DNA from: Desulfocapsa sulfexigens DSM 10523
GTDB taxonomy: Bacteria; Desulfobacterota; Desulfobulbia; Desulfobulbales; Desulfocapsaceae
DNA: 32,000 nt
Reading direction: 5' to 3'
Assembly (NCBI RefSeq): GCF_000341395.1
Contig: NC_020304.1
Coordinates: 1,500,001-1,532,000 of the forward strand
Shown: piece by piece, positions 19,123 to 28,257 of the stretch
How the letters are laid out: the number at the start of each line of letters is the position of its first letter
How positions within the stretch are numbered: position 1 is the first letter of the stretch
The notes under the pieces: generated by a model
The model's database searches: none
Seen by the model: only the letters and a program-made list of their open reading frames with translations
What the model was told of the DNA's origin: nothing
Made by a program: the position numbers and the translations under genes

Positions 19123-19164
19123 AAAAAAAACCTCCAGGCTATCGATGAGATACCCTGAAGGTTC
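19123..19164 (-). terminator. Rho-independent terminator of the small membrane protein module (right copy)
   Basis: Same stem and T-tract as in the left copy. Confidence 0.75.
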
Positions 19165-19204
19165 TTATGCGGGACAACATCCCAAAGAATTGTTTACTTT
19201 TTTC

Positions 19205-19504
19205 CTACTTTGAAGCTGTAACCTTTGCAGGGGCCTTGTTTACATATTTAAAGAATACGGGGAAGGCGACAAAGAAGGCCACACAGAGCAGGTATTCAAT
19301 ACCTTTGATATGAGTGTAGTAGTCAACCAGAGTATGCAGAGGCTTTACCATTCCTATTGCCACCATATACTGTCCGGCAAGCTCACTTACTGACCAACCA
19401 ACCGATGAAAGAGCACTGGTAAGGGCTGCGCCAACCCAGAGACACATGATTGAACCGGCTGCGAGAAGTATTCTTGATCCTGTTTTTGATGTATTTTGTT
19501 TCAT
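19205..19504 (-). CDS. Hypothetical 99-aa membrane protein (copy B)
   Basis: Predicted protein identical to 13879-14178. Confidence 0.75.
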   Translation of the reverse strand: MKQNTSKTGSRILLAAGSIMCLWVGAALTSALSSVGWSVSELAGQYMVAIGMVKPLHTLVDYYTHIKGIEYLLCVAFFVAFPVFFKYVNKAPAKVTASK

Positions 19505-19547
19505 GGTAGTGTCCTTATCTGTATATGTTAATTTTAGAAAGAGTGTA

Positions 19548-19742
19548 TCAGCCGATAACTGCGGTCAGGTATCCTTTAACAACATTCAAAGGTCCCATGC
19601 TTATCATTGCGCTTGCAAGACAGGCAAATCCCCAGATTCCAACAAGGGCAGCCATGGTCATTCCAGCACCAAGTGCAAATGAAGAAGTTTCGTATCCAGC
19701 TTTAACTTGAGTAGCAGTTGTGGTTTGAGTGTTTGTAGTCAT
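19548..19742 (-). CDS. Hypothetical 64-aa membrane protein (copy B)
   Basis: One amino-acid difference (MGPLN versus MGHLN) from 14222-14416. Confidence 0.75.
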   Translation of the reverse strand: MTTNTQTTTATQVKAGYETSSFALGAGMTMAALVGIWGFACLASAMISMGPLNVVKGYLTAVIG

Positions 19743-20149
19743 GGTGTCCTCCGTATGGGTTTGATCTAGCTAAGTTTTTCTTTTCTTTGCCCTCTATGTA
19801 GCAGCAACCATGCCAGTTTTTGTTTTTCTTGCTGTGCTTTTGTGGAAACAAGTGCAAAGTACTGGTATAACACTGTATTTGTGAGTGGCGTTGCTGGAAA
19901 TCTCTTGCGACACTTGTGTGTTCCGGTAGTGTGGTAAAACTCGGAACTGTAGTTTTGGGACGAGAATGTGTAGTTTAAATTCTACGGTTGTGTTGCAGGT
20001 CTTGCGGATAGGTGTGGCAACGAGAAGTAATTTGTTTATTTTATTGCATTACTGTTTTTTTTAGGAAATACATTTCAGTTATCAGATCTTCGATTAGAGA
20101 ATGATTTTGATCGTCTTGAAGAATCACCTTAAACAAGGAGAAAGAAAAA

Positions 20150-21598
20150 ATGTCTAAAGCTGATATCGGCCTGATCGGACTGGCTGTTATGGGACAGAAT
20201 CTGGTGCTGAACATCAACGACCACGACTTTACGGCGTCCGTGTATAACCGTACAATATCGAAGGTGGATTCCTTTCTGGATGGTCGTGCCAGGGGGACAA
20301 ATGTCATTGGCGCCCATTCAATTGAAGAGTTGGTCGGCACGCTCAAAAAACCGCGTCGGGTAATGCTGATGGTCAAGGCAGGAGCTGTGGTTGACTCCTT
20401 TATTGAACAGTTGGTGCCATATCTTGAGACAGGTGACATTATTATTGATGGTGGGAATTCACTCTATAGTGATACCAACCGCCGCAGCACTACTCTTGCT
20501 GAAAATGGTATCCTTTATATAGGCACTGGCATTTCCGGTGGTGAAGAGGGGGCCCGCAAGGGGCCATCCATAATGCCGGGTGGCAATCCCGAGGCATGGC
20601 CCCATGTGAAGGATATCTTTCAGGCCATCGCCGCCAAAGTCGATGGGCAGCCATGCTGTGACTGGGTTGGTGAGGGAGGAGCCGGACATTTTGTGAAGAT
20701 GGTGCATAATGGCATCGAATATGGTGATATGCAGCTTATTTGTGAGGCCTACGATTTTATGCGTCGGGGACTTGGAATGAGTGAAGAGAGCATGCAGAAG
20801 GTGTTTTCCCGTTGGAATAAGGGACTGCTCGATTCCTACTTGATAGAGATCACGTCCCATATTCTGGGCTTCAAGGATGACGATGGTATACCTTTAACAG
20901 AAAAGATTCTTGATACCGCAGGCCAGAAAGGTACCGGGAAATGGACCGGGATAAATGCCCTTGATCTGGGTATTCCCCTTACCCTGATCAGTGAAGCGGT
21001 ATTTGCCCGCTGTCTCTCTGCAATGAAACCGGAACGGGTAAAGGCGGCTGCCATTTTCAAGGGACCAGTTCCTGGTTTTACAGGTGATACAGACGAGTTG
21101 GTCAATGACGTACATGATGCCCTGTATGCTGCTAAGATAATTTCCTACGCCCAGGGGTACATGCTGCTGAGGGAAGCAGCAAAGGAACATGGCTGGAATT
21201 TAAACTACGGCAGCATTGCCCTTATGTGGAGAGGCGGCTGTATTATCCGCAGTGCCTTTCTTGCCAATATTAAACAGGCCTTTGATGCAAATCCAGATCT
21301 GGAAAATTTGCTGCTGGACGACTTTTTTCGTTCTGCTATTCAGTCAGCTCAGGCGGGATGGCGCAGAATTGCGGTTAAGGCCATCGAATTTGGTATTCCA
21401 ATTCCGGCCATTTCCTCAGGTCTTTCTTATTATGACGGCTATCGCAGTGAGCGTTTACCGGCTAACCTCCTTCAGGCCCAGCGGGATTATTTTGGAGCAC
21501 ATACCTATGAGCGGATAGATCAGCCTCGTGGTGATTTTTTTCACACCGACTGGATCGGGAGTGGCGGAAAGGTATCCTCAACTACTTATACTGTCTAG
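20150..21598 (+). CDS. gnd: 6-phosphogluconate dehydrogenase, decarboxylating
   Basis: IGLIGLAVMGQNLVLNINDH, GTGISGGEEGARKGPSIMPGG, HFVKMVHNGIEYGDMQLI, KWTGINALDLGIPLTLI, and the C-terminal DYFGAHTYERID region. Confidence 0.97.
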   Translation: MSKADIGLIGLAVMGQNLVLNINDHDFTASVYNRTISKVDSFLDGRARGTNVIGAHSIEELVGTLKKPRRVMLMVKAGAVVDSFIEQLVPYLETGDIIIDGGNSLYSDTNRRSTTLAENGILYIGTGISGGEEGARKGPSIMPGGNPEAWPHVKDIFQAIAAKVDGQPCCDWVGEGGAGHFVKMVHNGIEYGDMQLICEAYDFMRRGLGMSEESMQKVFSRWNKGLLDSYLIEITSHILGFKDDDGIPLTEKILDTAGQKGTGKWTGINALDLGIPLTLISEAVFARCLSAMKPERVKAAAIFKGPVPGFTGDTDELVNDVHDALYAAKIISYAQGYMLLREAAKEHGWNLNYGSIALMWRGGCIIRSAFLANIKQAFDANPDLENLLLDDFFRSAIQSAQAGWRRIAVKAIEFGIPIPAISSGLSYYDGYRSERLPANLLQAQRDYFGAHTYERIDQPRGDFFHTDWIGSGGKVSSTTYTV

Positions 21599-21625
21599 TT
21601 ATAAACAAATTTTAAGGAGGACAGG

Positions 21626-21721
21626 ATGGGTAGGATCATTCTAAGAATAATTTTAAATATTTTATTCTTTTCGATGGTTCTTGCTACTGATAACGGTCTT
21701 GTCTGTGTCAAAGGTAGGTAA
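21626..21721 (+). CDS. Possible 31-aa small ORF (MGRIILRIILNILFFSMVLATDNGLVCVKGR)
   Basis: ATG preceded by taaggagg; hydrophobic N-terminus; not in the ORF track. Confidence 0.3.
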   Translation: MGRIILRIILNILFFSMVLATDNGLVCVKGR

Positions 21722-21840
21722 AGTGTAAAAGAACCAGAAGCGTGAGGTTTTAGCTGTTTATATTGACAGACTTTCCAGAAACACTTGTTGCAAGGGGACA
21801 ATAGGTGTTGCTGGACCCTTCATGCTCACAAGGATAAGAA

Positions 21841-23307
21841 ATGACAAAATATGATTATGATATTGCTGTGATTGGTGGTGGTGCAGCGGGACTGACCGTT
21901 AGTGCGGGAGCAGCTCAACTCGGGGCTAAAACACTCATCATTGAAAAAGAATCGGCCCTGGGAGGTGACTGCCTTCATTATGGTTGTGTGCCCTCAAAAA
22001 CCCTGGTCAAATCGGCACATGTATATCACACCATGCAGCGGGCCACAGATTTTGGTTTGCCGGGAATCGAATTGCCACCCGTTGATTTCACAAAAGTTGC
22101 GGCCCGTATCAAATCCGTGATAGAAAAGATTCAAGTCCATGATTCGGTGGAGAGATTCTGTAAACTGGGAGCTAAGGTGGAATTTGGTGCGCCCAGGTTT
22201 GTTGATGAGCATGCGGTGGAACTCAACGGTAAAAGGGTCTCTGCCAAACACTGGGTGGTGGCCACGGGTTCCTCATCGTCAACGCCTCCCTTTCCTGGCC
22301 TTGAGAGTACGCCCTATATAACCAATAAGGAAATCTTCTCCCTGGCCTCTCTGCCAAAATCGCTCATTGTTTTGGGTGCAGGTCCCATTGCAGTTGAGAT
22401 GGCCCAGGCTTTTTCCCGATTGGGAAGCGAAGTGACCGTGATCCAGCGTTCAGACCAGATCCTCAGTAAAGAAGATAAGGATATGGCAGATATTGCCATG
22501 GTAGCCATGAAGGATGAGGGCGTTCGTTTTTATCTGGGAGCCAGTATCAAACAGATAAAAGATCTGGGTAATGAACGACAGGTTGAAATCACCGATGCCA
22601 ATGGAGAGGATGTGACTCTCAAAGCATCGACGCTTCTGGTGGCTCTCGGGCGGCAACCTAACATAGAAGGTCTTGGTCTTGAAGAGATAGGAGTTGAAAT
22701 GACCAGGAAAGGGATTGTGGTGGACAACCGTATCCGCACTAACCATTCACATATCTATGCTCCCGGCGATATTAATGGTGCTTACCAATTCACTCATGCT
22801 GCAGGATATGAAGGGGGCATTGTGGTGAGCAATGCTATTTTTCATCTACCACGTAAGGCCGATTATACCTGGATGCCATGGGCCACTTATTGTGATCCGG
22901 AACTTGCATCCATTGGCATGAATGAAAAGGCAGCTAAGGCAGCTGGAATCGACTACCAGATCTGGACGGAGAACTTTGCAGATAATGATCGGGCTCTGGC
23001 TGAAGATGAGGGCCGTGGCAGGATCAAAATGATACTCGATGCTTCTGAAAAACCACTTGGTGTTCAGATAGTTGGTCCTAGAGCCGGAGATCTGCTGGGT
23101 GAATGGATTGCCATCTTAAACGGCAAGGTGAAGCTCTCGACACTTGCGGGTGCCATCCATCCTTATCCGACTCTGGTGGAGATCAACAAGCGGGTTGCGG
23201 GAACATACTTTTCGCCTAAGATCTTTTCACCAACCATCAAAAAAGGATTAAAATTCTTCTTTAATCTCAAAGGAGCCGCCTGCGATCCATCATCGGATAT
23301 CCGTTGA
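21841..23307 (+). CDS. FAD-dependent pyridine nucleotide-disulfide oxidoreductase (mercuric reductase / dihydrolipoamide dehydrogenase-like)
   Basis: IAVIGGGAAGLTVSAGAAQLGAK, GGDCLHYGCVPSKTL redox-active pair, APGDINGAYQFTHAA. No N-terminal HMA domain and no C-terminal Cys pair. Confidence 0.9.
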   Translation: MTKYDYDIAVIGGGAAGLTVSAGAAQLGAKTLIIEKESALGGDCLHYGCVPSKTLVKSAHVYHTMQRATDFGLPGIELPPVDFTKVAARIKSVIEKIQVHDSVERFCKLGAKVEFGAPRFVDEHAVELNGKRVSAKHWVVATGSSSSTPPFPGLESTPYITNKEIFSLASLPKSLIVLGAGPIAVEMAQAFSRLGSEVTVIQRSDQILSKEDKDMADIAMVAMKDEGVRFYLGASIKQIKDLGNERQVEITDANGEDVTLKASTLLVALGRQPNIEGLGLEEIGVEMTRKGIVVDNRIRTNHSHIYAPGDINGAYQFTHAAGYEGGIVVSNAIFHLPRKADYTWMPWATYCDPELASIGMNEKAAKAAGIDYQIWTENFADNDRALAEDEGRGRIKMILDASEKPLGVQIVGPRAGDLLGEWIAILNGKVKLSTLAGAIHPYPTLVEINKRVAGTYFSPKIFSPTIKKGLKFFFNLKGAACDPSSDIR

Positions 23308-23323
23308 GAGGAGGAGAGGATTT

Positions 23324-24019
23324 ATGAATACAAACCTCATTAAGAAAATAGCAATGGTGGTTGCAGGAGCTGTTCTGGTGGCCATTTTTTTTGGACTGGA
23401 TCTCCAGCAGTATCTGACTCTTGATTATCTGAAAGAGTCCCAGGCACGTTTTGCAGATTTGTATCATGCAAAGCCAGTTCTGGTGATCGGTGCCTATATG
23501 GTGATTTATATCCTGATGACTGCGCTTTCTCTGCCGGGTGCTGTTATCCTTACTCTGGCGGGTGGGGCCCTCTTTGGGTTTGTCACAGGGCTTATTGTGG
23601 TCTCATTTGCCTCTACCATAGGTGCTACCCTTGCCTGTTTTGTGGCTCGTTTTGTACTACGTGACTGGGTGCAGAAAAAGTTTGGAGACAAACTCGGCAC
23701 TATTAATGAAGGGATTGCCAGAGAAGGAGCCTTTTACCTCTTTACTCTGCGTCTGATCCCGGTTTTTCCCTTCTTTGTTATTAATCTGGTTATGGGGTTG
23801 ACCAGAATGTCGCTCCTCACTTTTTACTGGGTCTCTCAAATTGGGATGCTGGCCGGGACGGCTGTCTTTGTTAATGCCGGAAAGGAATTGGCTAAAATTG
23901 ACTCGTTGTCAGGGATCCTCTCTCCGGGGGTGCTCGGTTCCTTTGTTATTCTTGGGTTGTTTCCTTTAGTTGTTAAAAAAGTGGTTACCTTTATCCAAGG
24001 GAGAAAAAATGAAACATAA
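23324..24019 (+). CDS. TVP38/TMEM64 family membrane protein
   Basis: LPGAVILTLAGGALFGFVTGLIVVSFASTIGATLACFVARFVLRD, RLIPVFPFFVINLVMGLTRM; directly follows the oxidoreductase, a common pairing. Confidence 0.9.
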   Translation: MNTNLIKKIAMVVAGAVLVAIFFGLDLQQYLTLDYLKESQARFADLYHAKPVLVIGAYMVIYILMTALSLPGAVILTLAGGALFGFVTGLIVVSFASTIGATLACFVARFVLRDWVQKKFGDKLGTINEGIAREGAFYLFTLRLIPVFPFFVINLVMGLTRMSLLTFYWVSQIGMLAGTAVFVNAGKELAKIDSLSGILSPGVLGSFVILGLFPLVVKKVVTFIQGRKNET

Positions 24020-24107
24020 ACCAGGAAATGACTCTATAATTTGGTTCGAAGAGTATGGAGACAGGCTGTGCCGATGGTCAGAGTACATGTCAACGACGCT
24101 GATGCTT

Positions 24108-24674
24108 TCAGCTTTTAGGTAAATAATTTTTCATGATTTCATAAATAGCAGGTCGATTTTCCCGTATCTCATCCGCGCTCAAACCTTCCAGTGAATGAGG
24201 GTATTTAAGCCAGTCTGCGGTTTCGTGTACAGTATAATCCGGTGCCTTGCCTGTCTGATTACGAGATGGCTTGTAATAGGGTACGGCAATGCGGATATCT
24301 TCAGGAGTGTTTAAGCGTAATCTGCGTTGTAATTCATTGATAATGGCTTCAACCGAGCGGCCCGTGTCAAAGACATCGTCTACAATCAAGAGCCGATCGC
24401 TGTGTTGAAGGTTTTTTACCAGATAGTTGAGTCCAAACAGCTTTATTTCACGTGTTTTATTGTCAATCCCACTGTAGGAGGAGGTACGGATTGCGATATT
24501 GTCAGATACTATGCCGTGAAAAGCCAGAAACTCCTGAACGGCGATACCTATGGGGACCCCGCCACGCCATACGGCGATGATAAACGTGGGCCGAAAGCCA
24601 CTATCAAGGATCTGACGACCAAGCTTAAAGGAATCTTCCAGCAGACCCTGGGCGGTGAGGTAGACTTTATCCAT
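24108..24674 (-). CDS. Phosphoribosyltransferase, paralog 1
   Basis: FRPTFIIAVWRGGVPIGI and RLLIVDDVFDTGRSVEAII (PRPP-binding motif). Confidence 0.85.
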   Translation of the reverse strand: MDKVYLTAQGLLEDSFKLGRQILDSGFRPTFIIAVWRGGVPIGIAVQEFLAFHGIVSDNIAIRTSSYSGIDNKTREIKLFGLNYLVKNLQHSDRLLIVDDVFDTGRSVEAIINELQRRLRLNTPEDIRIAVPYYKPSRNQTGKAPDYTVHETADWLKYPHSLEGLSADEIRENRPAIYEIMKNYLPKS

Positions 24675-24834
24675 TGCTAACCTTAAAGTTTTCTTATCGA
24701 AGGCTCATTCATCCTGTAACCACTGTAAATATCTATTTTATACAAGTAATGTTCTAAAAAGGGTATCTTAAAAGCCATGATTCTACTGTGTAATAACGAA
24801 CTTTTTCTGGAGAGTATTATCCAAGGGCGAATGT

Positions 24835-25407
24835 ATGAACAAAATTTTTCTTGATGAAGAAACCCTGATTCTCGATTCCTTCAAACTGGGAGTGCAGGTT
24901 TTTGAAAGCGGCTTTCGGCCCACGTTTATCGTGGGACTGTGGCGGGGAGGCAGTTCCGTTGCCATTTATGTTCAGGAATGTCTGCAGACGCTGGGGGTGG
25001 AGACAAATCATATCTCACTTCGTACATCCTATCGCGGCCAGCCCTCTTATCAGGAGGCGGTCGCAGCGGCTAATGCTGAGATAAGGGTTCACGGTACCCA
25101 GTATCTTCTTGAAAACCTCAACGCTGACGATGCGCTGCTGCTGGTAGACGATGTCTTCAGCACCGGTAAAAGTATAGAAGCAGTCATAAACCGGTTGAGC
25201 CGTCATCTGAAACGCAATATGCCCAGGGAGGTCAAGATTGCCACTCTCTGGGATAGACCTTCTTTCAGGGAATCTGAGATAGATCCGGATTTCTACCAGC
25301 ATCGAACGGAGGACTGGCTGGTTTTTCCTTACGAAATGAGTGGTCTCACAATGGATGAAATCCAGGAGCACAAACCTTTTCTTGTCCCATTCCTGCAGAA
25401 TGGTTGA
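24835..25407 (+). CDS. Phosphoribosyltransferase, paralog 2
   Basis: FRPTFIVGLWRGGSSVAIYVQE and LLLVDDVFSTGKSIEAVI; clearly related to paralog 1; its stop overlaps the region just before the next gene. Confidence 0.85.
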   Translation: MNKIFLDEETLILDSFKLGVQVFESGFRPTFIVGLWRGGSSVAIYVQECLQTLGVETNHISLRTSYRGQPSYQEAVAAANAEIRVHGTQYLLENLNADDALLLVDDVFSTGKSIEAVINRLSRHLKRNMPREVKIATLWDRPSFRESEIDPDFYQHRTEDWLVFPYEMSGLTMDEIQEHKPFLVPFLQNG

Positions 25408-25415
25408 ATAATTCA

Positions 25416-26387
25416 ATGAATTATTGCGTCTATGGTCTGCTGCTTGAGAGTAATGTAGAGCTCTCCGGACTTCAATCTTGCAAGGCAGCAGGTGAGAAAA
25501 TTGATGTAACCGCTACAATGGGGGACTTTCCGGGCGAGATAGAACGGCTTTTCCACCACTCCATGCCGCAAAGGTATTATGCTGAACCGGGATATATAGA
25601 GGGTGATCCACCCCGTCTTGTTGTAAATACTCTGGCTGATGGCCAATATTATCATTTTTCCTATGCGGTTGGGGTACAGTTTGTTTGTGATAAACTGGCA
25701 ACGAGTGTATGGGGAAGGTGGCAGGATCCTTTGACCCTTATGGATGCTACCCTTTTTCTGGTGGGTCCGATTCTTGGCTTTATGCTGCGACTGCAGGGTG
25801 TTACATGTTTGCATGCAAGTGGGGTTGTTATAGAAGGACGAGCGCTGGCTATCACAGGGCCGTCGGGCAGTGGGAAATCTACCCTGGCTGCAGCATTTGC
25901 AGCGGCTGGATTTCCCATATTAAGTGATGATATCTTGCCGTTGCAGTTTGAACAGGGAAGCCCGCAGGCACTCCCGGGATATTCCCGTCTACGTCTTTAT
26001 CCAAGATCTTTTAAGGGCATCACTCAATTACCCGACGATTTACCCGCTCTTTCACCACACTGGAGTAAGTGCTATCTTGACGTTGGTTCCGCTCCCTATT
26101 CATTTCACCACCTTTCCATACCCCTGCACGTTGTTTATTTTCTGGATTGGAAGAAGAGTGACGCCGCTGTTTCCCAAATAATGCCCGTAAAACCAATTTC
26201 TGCTGTGCCTCTCCTGGCTGCAAACACCTATCGCAATGAGGTACTGGATTCTGACATGAGAAAAAAAGAATTTTTTTTCCTCAGCCAGCTTGCTTCAAAA
26301 GTTACTGTAAGAACAATTCGGATGCGTGATGATCTCCATGGGATATCAAATCTTGTTGATGTGATCCGCAAGGATTTTAAGGGCTAG
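25416..26387 (+). CDS. HPr kinase/phosphorylase-like protein, candidate lasso peptide kinase
   Basis: ALAITGPSGSGKSTLAAAFAAAGFPILSDDILPL (Walker A plus conserved DD). ATG at 25416 is preferred; a TTG at 25404 is possible. Confidence 0.8.
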   Translation: MNYCVYGLLLESNVELSGLQSCKAAGEKIDVTATMGDFPGEIERLFHHSMPQRYYAEPGYIEGDPPRLVVNTLADGQYYHFSYAVGVQFVCDKLATSVWGRWQDPLTLMDATLFLVGPILGFMLRLQGVTCLHASGVVIEGRALAITGPSGSGKSTLAAAFAAAGFPILSDDILPLQFEQGSPQALPGYSRLRLYPRSFKGITQLPDDLPALSPHWSKCYLDVGSAPYSFHHLSIPLHVVYFLDWKKSDAAVSQIMPVKPISAVPLLAANTYRNEVLDSDMRKKEFFFLSQLASKVTVRTIRMRDDLHGISNLVDVIRKDFKG

Positions 26388-26394
26388 AAACTCT

Positions 26395-28233
26395 ATGAGT
26401 GGTTTTGTTGCCATTATTAACACGAACGGTGCGCCCGTTGATTGCGAAATCTTGAAATGGTTAACCGATGCTCTGCATTTTCGAGGAACAGACAGGCAGA
26501 AAGTTTGGTCGGAGGGACATGTAGGGTTCGGTCATGCGCTGTATGGCACAACATTTGAATCACACTATGAGTTTCAGCCTTCCAGTCTTGATGGTGAGTT
26601 CTGGATTACTGGAACTGCGCGCATTGATGCTCGTTCCGACTTGCTCAATAAGCTTGGCCTGCAATCGGAACTCAGGCTGGATCAGATTCCGGATTCTGAC
26701 CTCATCCTTTATGCATATCGTGCCTGGGGAGAAAGATGTCTTGATTATCTTCTTGGGGATTTTTCCTTTGTAATCTGGGACAAAGGGCGAAAAAAAGTCT
26801 TTTGTGCCCGTGACCAGTTTGGTATGCGTCAGCTGTATTATTCCCAAATCAGAGAATCCCTGATAATCAGCAACAGTCTCTACTGCATACAGCAACACCC
26901 CGCTGTTTCCAAAACCCTTGATGAAGGGGCTATGGCAGGATTTCTTCTCTTTGGTGACCACACCTGGCTGGATAAAGAGCTGACCGTTTATGCTGATGTC
27001 AAATCTCTCTTGCCAGCGCACTCTCTTGTCCTCAGCAGTGACGGATTTATGGTCAGGAAAAAATATTGGGATATTCCTGCCAATATACCACTACTTCGTT
27101 ATCGAAACGAAAATGATTACAGAGAGCATTTTCGTGAAGTTTTTAAAAAGGCTGTTTGTGATAGAATTCGCACCGATCGTGTGGTCCTTGCAATGAGCGG
27201 TGGTATGGACTCATCCTCTATTGCAGCCATGCTCTGTGAAATTCAGAATGAGGATAACCACCCCTTCCATATCAGCCCCGTTACTGTTGTTTACAATACT
27301 GTTCATCCGTGTCGGGAACATTATTTTGCTGGTCTTGTAGCTAGAAGACTTGGGTTGTCAATTCATTATATTGATGGTGATCTGTATCCTTTCCTTGGTG
27401 AGGCTATCAATACAACACGCCCTCTTGAAATTGACCAACCGTCACTCTGGATGGATATTATGCGTCAGGAGAGTCTTCTCGGGCGGGTTGTGCTAACAGG
27501 TGCTGCGGCTGATAATCTTCTCAGCTATCCGGCCAGTCTGGCTTCCTTAAGAGCAGCAGGTAATCCATTTAAAATTGTATATGATAGTATTCAATTGCGG
27601 AAACGATATGGGAAATTTCCGGGTCTGGGAACCGGTTTGCTCAACAAATTTCGAAATATCTGGCCCATAAATGGGAGCGGCGGATCTGCCCCTTATCCCT
27701 ATCCATCGTGGATAAAGAGTGAATTTGAAGAGAAAATGTGCTTGAAGGATGTTTGGGCGGAAAGATGGGCTTCTTCCGGGCGGCTGTTTGAGCTTCGTTC
27801 CAGGGCGTCTCTGCTCCATGAGTCGTTGTTGACCATGGATTGGTGTAGCGATGATAGTGTAATGAAGAACGAATTTCCACCGCCTGAAAAGCGAGATCCC
27901 TATCTCGATATACGAATGGTTGAGTTTGTACTCTCTCTTCCAGCAATTCCCTGGCTTTTCAATAAACATGTTTTGCGTTGTTCCATGAAAGGGAAATTGC
28001 CGGGCGAAGTGATAGAACGTCCCAAAACCCCTTTAGGCATGTTACAGCAGTCCTTGTTGGAATTACCAGGGACACAGTGGGTGGATGAATGGAAAGCTGT
28101 TCCAGGGCTCAAACCGTACATTGAAAGATCCAAAATACCCAGACTGGCGGGAGGCGTTCAGGGAGCAGTCTCTTCTTACATAAATCTACGACCGCTTATG
28201 TTGAACAGATGGTTGGGATGTTTGTCTATCTGA
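26395..28233 (+). CDS. Asparagine synthetase-like protein, candidate lasso peptide cyclase (C protein)
   Basis: RGTDRQ.., LLGDFSFVIWDKGRKKVFCARDQFGMRQLYY, and VVLAMSGGMDSSSIAAML (PPi loop). Residue 2 is Ser, not the glutaminase Cys. Confidence 0.87.
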   Translation: MSGFVAIINTNGAPVDCEILKWLTDALHFRGTDRQKVWSEGHVGFGHALYGTTFESHYEFQPSSLDGEFWITGTARIDARSDLLNKLGLQSELRLDQIPDSDLILYAYRAWGERCLDYLLGDFSFVIWDKGRKKVFCARDQFGMRQLYYSQIRESLIISNSLYCIQQHPAVSKTLDEGAMAGFLLFGDHTWLDKELTVYADVKSLLPAHSLVLSSDGFMVRKKYWDIPANIPLLRYRNENDYREHFREVFKKAVCDRIRTDRVVLAMSGGMDSSSIAAMLCEIQNEDNHPFHISPVTVVYNTVHPCREHYFAGLVARRLGLSIHYIDGDLYPFLGEAINTTRPLEIDQPSLWMDIMRQESLLGRVVLTGAAADNLLSYPASLASLRAAGNPFKIVYDSIQLRKRYGKFPGLGTGLLNKFRNIWPINGSGGSAPYPYPSWIKSEFEEKMCLKDVWAERWASSGRLFELRSRASLLHESLLTMDWCSDDSVMKNEFPPPEKRDPYLDIRMVEFVLSLPAIPWLFNKHVLRCSMKGKLPGEVIERPKTPLGMLQQSLLELPGTQWVDEWKAVPGLKPYIERSKIPRLAGGVQGAVSSYINLRPLMLNRWLGCLSI

Positions 28234-28257
28234 TTGATAGCAAAAAGTGGTGACAGC

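Larger units (their letters stand above)
19099..19840. repeat. Near-identical direct duplication, right copy
   Basis: Pairs with 13773-14514 at a 5326-bp offset. Confidence 0.93.

Noticed and set aside
13773-20017. Interpreting the duplicated blocks as ends of a composite transposon carrying the hydrogenase
   Set aside because: The blocks contain no transposase, terminal inverted repeats or target duplications that I can find; gene duplication with conversion is more consistent.
21841-23307. Calling the FAD oxidoreductase a true mercuric reductase (merA)
   Set aside because: The C-terminal vicinal Cys pair and N-terminal heavy-metal domain are absent and no mer genes are nearby; only the general disulfide oxidoreductase call is supported.
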